From Candidatus Alkanophaga volatiphilum (GTDB lineage Archaea; Halobacteriota; Syntropharchaeia; Alkanophagales; B39-G2): DNA of 64,000 nucleotides. Below, piece by piece: positions 36,474 through 45,167 of this stretch. The position numbers and the translations under genes were made by a program. The first letter of the stretch is position 1; every line of letters begins with the position of its first letter. The notes beneath the pieces were generated by a model. It made no database searches. It was given only the letters and a program-made list of their open reading frames with translations, and had not been told where the DNA came from. The DNA is taken from positions 5,601-69,600 of the forward strand of contig JAPHEE010000002.1 of NCBI GenBank assembly GCA_029259545.1, read 5' to 3'.

Positions 36474-37690
36474 CTTTAGGATAAATGTTGCTGCTAATCC
36501 CCATCTTTTCAAAGATGGGATATAGCAGGGGAGGTGGGTGGTAATATTTAGTAGAAGAACTATACTAAAAATGATGGAAGTGACAAAGACGATCAGGTGC
36601 AAGCTGATCGGTCTGACGAAGCGCAAGCAAGAGTTGCTTAATAGAGAGTATGACAACTTCCAGCACTGGCTCGAGACGGGCGAGGACAGAGGCGTGTATT
36701 CAGCATACAAGCAGGATGCGAGGTGGCTGTACAAGAAGGCGAGGCGGATGAAAGGTGTTCCCATAAGGAAAGACTTGATAGACATTCAAAGAAGAGACAC
36801 GAAAATAGCAAAATACTGGGCGAGGATAAGGGTAAAAGGTGTGAGAGGAGGCGTTGGTCGCACTCGCTCATCAACATTTCAATTTTGAGGCGTGGAGAGT
36901 ATGTGAATCTCTGCTCGTCAGGAGGGATGGAGATTTCTATCTTTATGTTACGGTCAAGAAGGATGTCGAGCTGGAGAAAGAATATGCATCCATCATAGCA
37001 ATAGACCTAGGGGCCAAATGGGTTGCCGTGTCGGTGGCACGGCACCGCAGTAAACCGAAGTTCTACGGCAGAAGGGTGAGAGGGGCTCGTGGAAAGTATT
37101 TCTGGTTGAGGCGAAAGTTGGGCAGAGAAAAGAAGCTGAGGGTGATAAAGAAGATCGAGGGCAAGGAGCGGAGGATCGTGAACGACGAGCTCCACAAGAT
37201 AGCAAAGGACATCGTTGAAGAAGCAGAGAAACACGACGCAATAATAGCGATTGGTGACTTGAAAGGCGTCAGAAACAAGAGGCGAGGAAGAAAGGCAAAC
37301 AGGAAGGTCAACTCAATGCCATCGCACAAACTAAGGGAATACATCAAGTATAAGGCACTTGAGCGAGGCATTCTGGTGATAGAAGTTCCCGAATATAACA
37401 CATCGAAGCAGTGTTCGAGGTGCGGCTCGATGCGAACTGAAAGACCTTCTCAGGGAGTTTTCATCTGCGAGGATTGTGGCTACCAGATTAATGCCGATGT
37501 GAACGGAGCTAAAAATTTATTAAAACGAGCCCACGCCTACATGGTGTGGGCAGGGGCTGCGGTGACCCAGCCCGAAGGGGAGCGGTTCGTCCTGAGCCAC
37601 ACTCCCCAACCTCTCGCATCCGGCGGATGCCCCTTCAGTGAGGGGAGGAGGTCACTCGTACCTGCATGCTCTCTCTTAATCCTCTGAAGG
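36474..37690 (+). mobile_element. IS200/IS605-family element carrying tnpB only (no tnpA)
   Basis: The left end AAATGTTGCTGCTAA...GATGGGATATAGCAGGGGAGGTGGGTGG and the 3' structured region GGGGCTGCGGTGACCCAGCCCGAAGG...GAGGAGGTCAC...GCTCTCTC recur in short copies at 38.4, 40.8 and 60.9 kb. Confidence 0.7.
36571..37687 (+). pseudogene. tnpB: TnpB RNA-guided nuclease homologue with a frameshift near 36850
   Basis: RuvC-like IAIDLG, EVPEYNTSKQCSRCG...CEDCG zinc finger and NADVNGAKN. The N-terminal 95 codons (track ORF 36538..36888) are in a different frame from the remainder (36854..37687). Confidence 0.75.
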
Positions 37691-38267
37691 GCAGCCGCTC
37701 CATATACCAGATGCACGGAAGTCTCACCTCTCTAATTTCGGATTCTACAAGTTCGATCTCGACGCCTGTGCCGCCTCCTGCGGGCTTGACGAGGATATCA
37801 AAGCTTTCAAAGCGCTTCGACGAGACGAAGAGCATAAAGTAATGCCGGTAGTTATGTAGTTCCCACTCCAAAACTTTGATGTTGCGGCGGTGGAACTCCG
37901 CAGGGTGTACGAGCCGCAGCTCCTCCGGGCTCACGACAGGCTCGTATCTTATCCTCGTGCGAAGGACGCCGCCGGTGTCCCGGGCTGCCACCACGTATTC
38001 CTTCTCTTCACCGTCGTGCAGCACTCTCGCCCGGTAAAAAGGCTTGCCATTGGACGAGCCTCTGAAATTTGAAACCACCTCGAAGGGAATAGTGTCCCTA
38101 GAAATGAGCCCGGAGTCCGTCATCGCAGCGTGGAGTTCGTCAGCGGTCTCTTCGAAGAGCAGCGATGCCGAAATGCCGATAGTAAACTGCGGCTTCTTCG
38201 GCGTGCCGTAGTTGCGGAACTCCTTGATACGGATCTCAAGATGCTTCGGCTCTAGCAACACAGTCAT
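37635..38267 (-). CDS. hypothetical protein
   Basis: 210-aa ORF. The last ~15 codons lie inside the right end of the IS element. No family recognised. Confidence 0.4.
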   Translation of the reverse strand: MTVLLEPKHLEIRIKEFRNYGTPKKPQFTIGISASLLFEETADELHAAMTDSGLISRDTIPFEVVSNFRGSSNGKPFYRARVLHDGEEKEYVVAARDTGGVLRTRIRYEPVVSPEELRLVHPAEFHRRNIKVLEWELHNYRHYFMLFVSSKRFESFDILVKPAGGGTGVEIELVESEIREVRLPCIWYMERLPFRGLRESMQVRVTSSPH

Positions 38268-38370
38268 CGCCTTTTCTCCAACAATACTTCACGTACGTTC
38301 CACCACTTCAAACTAATTTGCTCCTTCAGGAATAATTTTCGGAATAGGCTTCCAGTGTTGAACTCGGCTC

Positions 38371-38578
38371 CTTACAAAATGTCGCTAAGAAAGCCCTAAG
38401 GGATGAATCAGGGGAGGCGGGTGGGGAAATTTATGCTTTGAAGCCGATTTTATCGAGACGAAGCTGGAGCTAGCTCCGGCGGGCTGCGGTGAGCCGCCCG
38501 GAACTTCGGCTCCGAGCGGTGCTCTAGGGCGGGGCGGAGAGGCTTAAAGAAGCCCCGCCTCCAGTCGGGAGCGGCTCA
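38371..38578 (+). mobile_element. MITE-like element, family 1 (derived from the tnpB IS)
   Basis: CTTACAAAATGTCGCTAAGAAAGC...GATGAATCAGGGGAGGCGGGTGG...GGGCTGCGGTGAGCCGCCCGGAAC...GGAGCGGCTCAC. It ends at the atpI stop codon. Confidence 0.65.
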
Positions 38579-40693
38579 CTAATACGTGTAAGTCCTACTG
38601 AACTTAAACGGTGAGAACGGCGTGCCGCCGCCCTCATAGAACTTGGTGAACCACTCGTAGAAGTGCAACCTGACGGTATGGATGCCCGCCATGATGGCTT
38701 CAAGTATCACGACGAGGGCGGTGCCGCCGATGAAGACAAGAGCGGCGACCGCCGCACTTACCTTCAGGCACATGAACGTCAGCAATATGAAAACTTCGAT
38801 GAGCGCGGCGTGGCATAACGCCAGCGCCAGAATCCTGCCGTAAGAGACGGTATTTGCGAGGAAGCGGAAAAACTTCTCAAGTAGAGCATCTATCACGCCG
38901 TCGATCAGAATGATGAGCAAGTCCATGACCGAGCGCCTGCGCTCTCTCGTGCCGCCGTCCGCAGCCCCGGTCGCAGCCGCAGCGGCGTGCTCGCCGCCGT
39001 GCTCCTCGTGCCTCAGCTCCTCTATGATCCTCAAAACCATGAGCAGTACTACCGGGGCGGCGATGAGGATTGTGAGGTTCATCATCGTCATGGACGCGAG
39101 CCCGAAGAGCGCTAACAGGAAGTAGAGGGCGCCGGCGAGGCACCAGATGCTCACGAAGCCCGTCACGCCTTTCAGCACCTCGCCCTTCAGGAAGCTGTTG
39201 ATGCCGTTGAGCGTCAAGCCCAGCCCCATGTGCAGCGCACCTATGAGCATCGAGACCACGAACATCCGTTCTACCTCAACAACGGGCTCGAACCACAGCG
39301 GGTCGAGCAGCAGCGAGTGCGGGACGTGCATGTGCAACGCCTCCTCGACGAGCTCCGCCGCATAATGGCTGAAGCCGAAGAACTCGCCGAACAGCGCTCC
39401 AGCGATCATCGAGAAGAAGCCGCAGAGCGCGATCACGAGACCCATCTGCCGTATACCTTCGCTCAGCCCTCTAAAAACAAGCATCAGAGCGAGACCGAGT
39501 AAAAGAACGAGCAGTCCATGCCCGACATCTGGAAACATGAGCCCGAAAAGGATCGGGAATATGATGGCGGTGATGATCGTAGGGTCGATATCGCCGTAAG
39601 ATGGCGGGCTATACATGTTTATTATCGCCTCAAAAGGTTTCAAAAAGCTTGGGTTTCTAAGGAGCGTTGGCACTCTGGGGTCGTGCCGGCTCGGCTTCCG
39701 CACCTCAAAGGCGCAAACGTCGCTCGTGACCGACCGCACGCCCTCGATGACGACATCCACGTCATCCCTCGACACCCACCCCTCTATGACTTTTGCCCGC
39801 TCGGTCTCGCCGAACAGAAGTCGTACCCTTGCGCTCGTATCCTCTATCTGCACAAGTTCCCGCATCACAAATAGATCGTACAGCTTCTCCTGTCTCACCT
39901 TCTCGATTTCACGCTCCGCCTCTCCTATCTGCTCTTCAAGCTTGCTTCTTCGCCGCTCCACTTCTCTTATCGCGTCTTCTATGTTCGTAGGCAAGAATGG
40001 GGGCGGCGTGAACGCCTCGAAATCCACCATCCTCAGCGCTCTCGCCACCTCGTCTTTGCGAGCTTTCAGCGTGACCACGACCACCGTCATGACGCCCGTG
40101 TCGAGCGGCTTCGATACGACGAAGCTCTCCTCGCCGGCGGTGCCCGTGACGAGCCGCTCCAACTCCGGCACGTTCTCTGCGGAAACCCTCCCCACAAACA
40201 CATGAACGAACTCCCGTTCGCCCACAAAATCCAAATTCAGATCCAAATCTCGCAGCACGTTCAGAATTTTGAGCGTGCTCTCAAGCTCTGAAAGCTCATT
40301 GCGAGCCCGCTCCACTCGCTCCTTCGCTCCGATGACAGCCTCTTCCAATCGCTTTAATTCGTTTTCTATGCTTTCGATGTCCACTTTTTCTACCTTCACC
40401 CGCCGCACTTCCTCCTTCGACGGCTTGAACAATAATTCTCTTATGCTCCTCCTTTCCTCCTTTTCGGTGCGAAGAGCATCTATTACATTATTAATACGCA
40501 TCAGAAGCTCGGAATACTTCACTAAGGCAGGGTCGGCTTTCGATGGCTCTACTAAGCCATCAAACTCGTCCAAAAACTCTTTTATGTCGGTAAGGTGCAC
40601 GCAACCAAGCTCGTCCAGCTTTTTTATAACCGCATCTACATGCTCGTCCAGCACGATTATGCGGAGCTCCCGCATCTCGACAGGACGTAGCAT
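38579..40693 (-). CDS. atpI: A/V-type ATP synthase subunit I (a-subunit)
   Basis: Long N-terminal coiled-coil cytoplasmic domain. C-terminal TM bundle with TVSYGRILALALCH (essential Arg region). No other ATPase subunit genes are adjacent. Confidence 0.85.
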   Translation of the reverse strand: MLRPVEMRELRIIVLDEHVDAVIKKLDELGCVHLTDIKEFLDEFDGLVEPSKADPALVKYSELLMRINNVIDALRTEKEERRSIRELLFKPSKEEVRRVKVEKVDIESIENELKRLEEAVIGAKERVERARNELSELESTLKILNVLRDLDLNLDFVGEREFVHVFVGRVSAENVPELERLVTGTAGEESFVVSKPLDTGVMTVVVVTLKARKDEVARALRMVDFEAFTPPPFLPTNIEDAIREVERRRSKLEEQIGEAEREIEKVRQEKLYDLFVMRELVQIEDTSARVRLLFGETERAKVIEGWVSRDDVDVVIEGVRSVTSDVCAFEVRKPSRHDPRVPTLLRNPSFLKPFEAIINMYSPPSYGDIDPTIITAIIFPILFGLMFPDVGHGLLVLLLGLALMLVFRGLSEGIRQMGLVIALCGFFSMIAGALFGEFFGFSHYAAELVEEALHMHVPHSLLLDPLWFEPVVEVERMFVVSMLIGALHMGLGLTLNGINSFLKGEVLKGVTGFVSIWCLAGALYFLLALFGLASMTMMNLTILIAAPVVLLMVLRIIEELRHEEHGGEHAAAAATGAADGGTRERRRSVMDLLIILIDGVIDALLEKFFRFLANTVSYGRILALALCHAALIEVFILLTFMCLKVSAAVAALVFIGGTALVVILEAIMAGIHTVRLHFYEWFTKFYEGGGTPFSPFKFSRTYTY

Positions 40694-40740
40694 TCACCCA
40701 ACCTTCCATGCAGCAGTTATAAAAATCTTTTGAATTTGTC

Positions 40741-40995
40741 CTTACATAATCGTCGCTAAGAAAGCTTACGGTTTTAACCGTGAGATGAATTAGGGGAAGC
40801 GGGTGGGTTATCGATAAGTTTAAATATTGGAATAAATCAAATATTGAGACGAGCCCAGGGCTATATGCTCTGGGCAGGGGCTGTGATGAGCCGCCCTGAA
40901 CACGTCGTGAGGCATAGGCTCCGGAGCGGTGCTCCTTAGGGAGTCTATGCTGAGAGGCGTGAAGCTCCCGGCTTTAGCCGTGGAGTAGCTCGCTG
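40741..40995 (+). mobile_element. MITE-like element, family 1
   Basis: CTTACATAATCGTCGCTAAGAAAGC...GATGAATTAGGGGAAGCGGGTGG...GGGGCTGTGATGAGCCGCCCTGAAC...GGAGTAGCTCGC. Same orientation as the copy at 38371. Confidence 0.65.
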
Positions 40996-41081
40996 GGAGG
41001 ACTGCTCATCATCACCGCAATCCTCAAAAATTTTTAAACGATGCGTAGATTTAAGCGTGTAAAATCCCTAAGTCCTCGGGG

Positions 41082-41501
41082 ATGCGTGGCGACGAGCCAT
41101 CCTTGCCGCTTATAGACGTTTTATGCGCAACTTTGATCCTCTTGCAGGTATTGGATTTCGGCACCACGTGCTTCCTGTTGACCAATTGCGACTTCGCATA
41201 CGAGGCGAACTTCCTGATGCGGAAGGTGCTGGACAGGAGCTACCTTTTAGCGTTTGCCCTGAAGATGGGCGTTACAATATTACTCGTGATGGTTGTATCT
41301 CTCTGGGTGCGTGACAGGCTGCGGCTGCGGCTGCATGGCGTCCTTGCCGACCTCAACCTGAAGCTCGAAAAGGCGCTCAGGCTTGACAAACTGAATAAGA
41401 GAACGCTTGCTTTCCACCTATTGCTCTTTTGCAATGCTTTTTACATTTTCGTGGTAGCTCATAACGCCGTAATGATCGCATTGTTCCTCATTTGGACGTA
41501 G
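41082..41501 (+). CDS. small membrane protein (DUF5658-like)
   Basis: LQVLDFGTTCFLL...YEANFLM pattern and four hydrophobic helices. Confidence 0.45.
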   Translation: MRGDEPSLPLIDVLCATLILLQVLDFGTTCFLLTNCDFAYEANFLMRKVLDRSYLLAFALKMGVTILLVMVVSLWVRDRLRLRLHGVLADLNLKLEKALRLDKLNKRTLAFHLLLFCNAFYIFVVAHNAVMIALFLIWT

Positions 41502-42363
41502 CGGTATCCGTCAGCCTTCTTGCAATCAGCTCGGCGACGCTTATCCTGCTGAATATGGTTTCCAAGGTATCGGTAGCTATCACCTCCTTGACGCCGGCAT
41601 TAAGCATCCTGAGGGCGGCGCCGGGCACGAGCACGGCATGAACGCATGCCACGTATACCTCAGAGGCTCCAAGCTCCTTAAGAAGCGTCGTCGCCTTTAC
41701 AATCGTACCGCCTGTTGAAATTATGTCATCAACGAGCGCCACATTGCGGCCGGCGACGTCGAGCGTCTTCGGCTTTATTTCTACATCCTCGGCGCTGAGC
41801 CGTGTCTTTTCAAGCACGTCGTGTTCCAAGCCCGCACGTCCCGCAACCGTTGCAGCTAATGCTGCGGCGCCATCGTCGGGCGCCACGATGAGCTCGACGT
41901 TTTTGGTCTTGCGGAAATGCTCGCCGAGTAGCGGCGCCGCGTCCAGCGCCTCGATGCTACGAGCGTTTTCGAAGTATTTTAAAGCCTCTGCGGAGTGCGG
42001 ATTGATAACGAAGACCTCATCTGCAAAAATGCACCTCGCGAGCGCCCGGACGCTTATCGGCTCCCCGCTCTTAAACCGCTTGTCCTGCCGTGCGTACCCT
42101 AAATACGGGATGACAACGCTTATCTTTGAAGCGTCAAGCCCCTCGCAGGCTTCTATGAGCTGGAGGAGGCAGACGAAGTCCGTATCTGAGGTCACGCTTT
42201 GTATGATCGCCACGGGTTCGCCGTCGAGCGTCGTCGCATCGACCCTCGTGTAAAGCTCGCCGTCAGGGAAGCTCCGGAACTCGCACGGCAAAAGCTCGCA
42301 GTTGAGTGCTGCGGCGACCCTTGAGGCCAAAACCTGAGATGCACGCCCTGCTACTATTTTCAT
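41488..42363 (-). CDS. prs: ribose-phosphate pyrophosphokinase
   Basis: FPDGELY, IPYLGYARQDK and VDDIISTGGT. Confidence 0.88.
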   Translation of the reverse strand: MKIVAGRASQVLASRVAAALNCELLPCEFRSFPDGELYTRVDATTLDGEPVAIIQSVTSDTDFVCLLQLIEACEGLDASKISVVIPYLGYARQDKRFKSGEPISVRALARCIFADEVFVINPHSAEALKYFENARSIEALDAAPLLGEHFRKTKNVELIVAPDDGAAALAATVAGRAGLEHDVLEKTRLSAEDVEIKPKTLDVAGRNVALVDDIISTGGTIVKATTLLKELGASEVYVACVHAVLVPGAALRMLNAGVKEVIATDTLETIFSRISVAELIARRLTDTATSK

Positions 42364-42368
42364 GGCTC

Positions 42369-42566
42369 TGGCGGCAATAGATAATGACTCTGAGGAATGC
42401 CGCCTCTCACCTCCGTTAATTTGACCTTAAAGCCTACTTCGAGCCTGAAGATGCTGCATTTGATGAGTAACTGCAGGTGAGGGATGAGCATTCTTTTCGG
42501 CATAGCTCTCATCGGCACGTGTTCGATGTTAGGATGCCGCATGGACGACCACCCACCTGCCCATCT
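42369..42566 (-). mobile_element. MITE-like element, family 2
   Basis: TGGCGGCA-N20-GAGGAATGCCGCCTCTCACCTCCGT at one end and CCACCCACCTGCCCATCT at the other (reverse complement of AGATGGGCAGGTGGGTGG, like the IS left end). It starts 5 nt from the prs start codon. Confidence 0.55.
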
Positions 42567-43757
42567 AGGGTTTCATAAATAGTTCGGCGTCTTTGTTTTT
42601 CATTTTATAGTTGGCATCTTAGCGTGTAGCAGTCCTCGGCATGTGGGGTGTTCAAGCCTGCTGGAAGCCTGAAGATGTGGGGGTCTCCGTTCCCTCGAAA
42701 GCCCCACGATGAAGACGGGAGTGGGGGGGAGGAAGCCTACCCGCTACGACGTTAACACTCTACACGCTCTTAACGGGTATAGGCAGAACGGTCTCTATCC
42801 TAGAATATCATAAGCCTAAAAGCAAATGCACGTGCAACTTTGGACGGACCCTGCGGCTGTTGAAAACTTGTCCTATCTTTACAGCTCACGATTTCCGGGC
42901 GCAAACGAAAGGTATTTTTACGGCTTGAACACCCACAGACGGTGGGGGTCGGATGGGCACTAAAGTGGTGATGGAACATAGCGACAGCCTGTGGCGGCGG
43001 TGAGGAGACGCTGAGCAAGCTGGCGATTTCCCGTGGGCTTGAAGCTTGCTTGAACGTCGCAATTTATCGATGATCAGCGGGTGATGGTGACTACCACAGG
43101 GGTTCCCAGAAATCGCATCAGCAAAAGACCGAAGCCCAAACACTGGTTGTCGTGTATTATGTCAGAGCGTCCTAGCTCTTTGAGTTTGCGGAACGCCCTT
43201 ATGCTGAACGTGAACACCTCTGGAGGGTTCGGGTTGCAGCAATTCGAAGAAGTTGGGCGGGTGGAGAAGGGTCTGGATATGGCAGACTGGCTATTGAGTG
43301 CACTTCGCACCGCTTTGGCTTCCGATAACATTCGTTAACATTTTCGAAAGTCTTCCTTCTCCATCACTCCGTTCGGAGCAACTTCATAGAAGCCTTCGGG
43401 GGAAACGGAAGCTCCCCAATCTTGTTTCTACGCTCCACGCTCATCAGCCTCGCGGCTTCACGTCTCTCACTCATCTCATAGCTTCATCTTTCCATACAAA
43501 TGTATCGCTGACATTCGTAATGAATCGTATACGAATGTCATCAAAACTCGAAGCTGTCGGCAAACCCCAGTTTCGCCGGTTCTCTCGTGAGATAGTAGCA
43601 CCTTGTCCTCCGCAGTACATGCCCCGATAACTCAGCAAGCAGACCCGCAACACCTCTCCCCCGGCATGCATGATGAAGATAACAATTATGTTCCGCACAC
43701 TATGAAGCGCCGTTGTGGTATTTGGAGCGAAGCTCCACCATCGGATCATACACAATC

Positions 43758-44855
43758 TCAAGCGCGTCGCAGGCTTCCAACCAGAGAACTCAGAGCGTCA
43801 ATGACTTTTAGGTTCTGCTCGTGCGTCCCAATGCTTATGCGTATGAACGAGGTGCCAGCGCCCCTGAACGAAGAGCAGTCCCGGACGACGACGCCCCGCC
43901 TCACGAGGAACTCAAAAGCCTGCTTCGAGGTGAAGGGCGACACGTCAACGAGCACGAAGTTCGCATGCGATGGGAACGTTCTGAACGGTATGTTTTTTAT
44001 GAAGAAGGCTCTTTCCGTTTTAACGAGGCTAACTGTCCTTCTAAGATGCTCTTCGTCCTGTAAGGCGGCGAGCGCAGCTGCGATGCCGAGTATGTTTACC
44101 GAGAAAGGTATTGCTGCTTTCTTATACTCCTTGGCGATGTCCTCATCCATGACGGCGTAGCCGACACGCAGCCCCGCAAGCCCAAATGCTTTTGAGAACG
44201 TCCTCGTCACCACTAAGTTCTCATACTCACGAACGAGCGGCACGAACGAGCGTTCGGCGAACTCCACGTATGCTTCATCGACTACAATCATCGAGGACGG
44301 CAGTGTCTCGAGAATCGCCCGTAATTCGGCTTCGGCGATGACGTCGCCCGTGGGGTTATTCGGCGAGCCTAAAAACACAAGCTTCGTTTTTTCTGAAGCA
44401 TTTGCGACGACGTCCGCCGCCGCAACTTCGAAGTTCCGCCGCTCGTCCCGCTGTAAGAACCTCGGGACGCCGCCGCAGAGCCGCACGAGCGTCTCGTAGA
44501 GCGAGAACGTGGGTATCGGGATTATCGCCTCGTCGCCACTTTCCACAAAAAGCTTCACGAGCGTGTCTAGGACGCCGTCCACGCCCGCGCCGAGCACTAT
44601 ATTCTCGGGTGCAACCCCTAGCCACTTCGAGAGCTCCTGTATCAGCTCGTGCTCGCAGCCGCAGCCGTCCAAGCTCGAATGGGCTTCCGGGTAGCGACTT
44701 ATCAGCTTTGCGCACCGGATGACGGCTTCGACGGCTTTCGGGCTCGGACCCAGCGGGTTCTCGTTGGAGCTGAGTTTTATGGCGCCCTCTACCCACCTGC
44801 CGGGCTTATACTCGCTTATATCCTTGAGCGCTGCTCTTACTCTCACCTTTTTCAT
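43758..44855 (-). CDS. hisC: histidinol-phosphate aminotransferase
   Basis: KLSSNENPLGPSP, NPNNPTG and RTFSKAFGLAGLRVGY. Track ORF trimmed to MKKVRVRA. Confidence 0.85.
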   Translation of the reverse strand: MKKVRVRAALKDISEYKPGRWVEGAIKLSSNENPLGPSPKAVEAVIRCAKLISRYPEAHSSLDGCGCEHELIQELSKWLGVAPENIVLGAGVDGVLDTLVKLFVESGDEAIIPIPTFSLYETLVRLCGGVPRFLQRDERRNFEVAAADVVANASEKTKLVFLGSPNNPTGDVIAEAELRAILETLPSSMIVVDEAYVEFAERSFVPLVREYENLVVTRTFSKAFGLAGLRVGYAVMDEDIAKEYKKAAIPFSVNILGIAAALAALQDEEHLRRTVSLVKTERAFFIKNIPFRTFPSHANFVLVDVSPFTSKQAFEFLVRRGVVVRDCSSFRGAGTSFIRISIGTHEQNLKVIDALSSLVGSLRRA

Positions 44856-44927
44856 CTTGCGTCCATGGAATTTGGAAATATTTATTAAGTAATGGGGCTT
44901 AAGGAAGTGCAAAAAGGGTGGGAGAAG

Positions 44928-45146
44928 ATGGCAGAGATGTGTGGGGTATGCAAGGAGAATGAAGCCACGAAGAAGTGCGAGGTGTGTGGTATTCCGCTCT
45001 GCGACGTATGTGCGAGGGAGATAGAGATAGAGGAGACGCACCCGTCGCACCGGGTCAAGGGGGTGACGACGCCCGGAATCATAGGGGAGGCTGTGAAGAA
45101 GAAGGTCGTATGCGAGAAGTGCATGGCGGAAGTGGACATATTCTGA
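44928..45146 (+). CDS. small B-box-like zinc-finger protein
   Basis: CGVC...CEVCG...CDVC...H...CEKC pattern, directly upstream of cdhA. Confidence 0.45.
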   Translation: MAEMCGVCKENEATKKCEVCGIPLCDVCAREIEIEETHPSHRVKGVTTPGIIGEAVKKKVVCEKCMAEVDIF

Positions 45147-45167
45147 CTCTGCTTCTCAGGTGGTAAT

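Noticed and set aside
36845-36860. Tested whether the tnpB frameshift, and also the GDE frameshift at about 60460, could be BHB introns like the one in the TauE gene.
   Set aside because: Both are explained by 1-2 nt indels. There is no inserted segment and no helix-bulge-helix geometry.
42600-42790. Possible RNase P RNA or C/D-box sRNA (GGAGGAAGCC, CUGA and GAUGA strings, closing stem GCGTGTAG/CTACACGC).
   Set aside because: The CR-I consensus GAGGAAAGUCC is not present. The box order is wrong for a C/D RNA. I cannot support an RNA gene call without a covariance search. It is kept only as part of the ORF-less-region finding.
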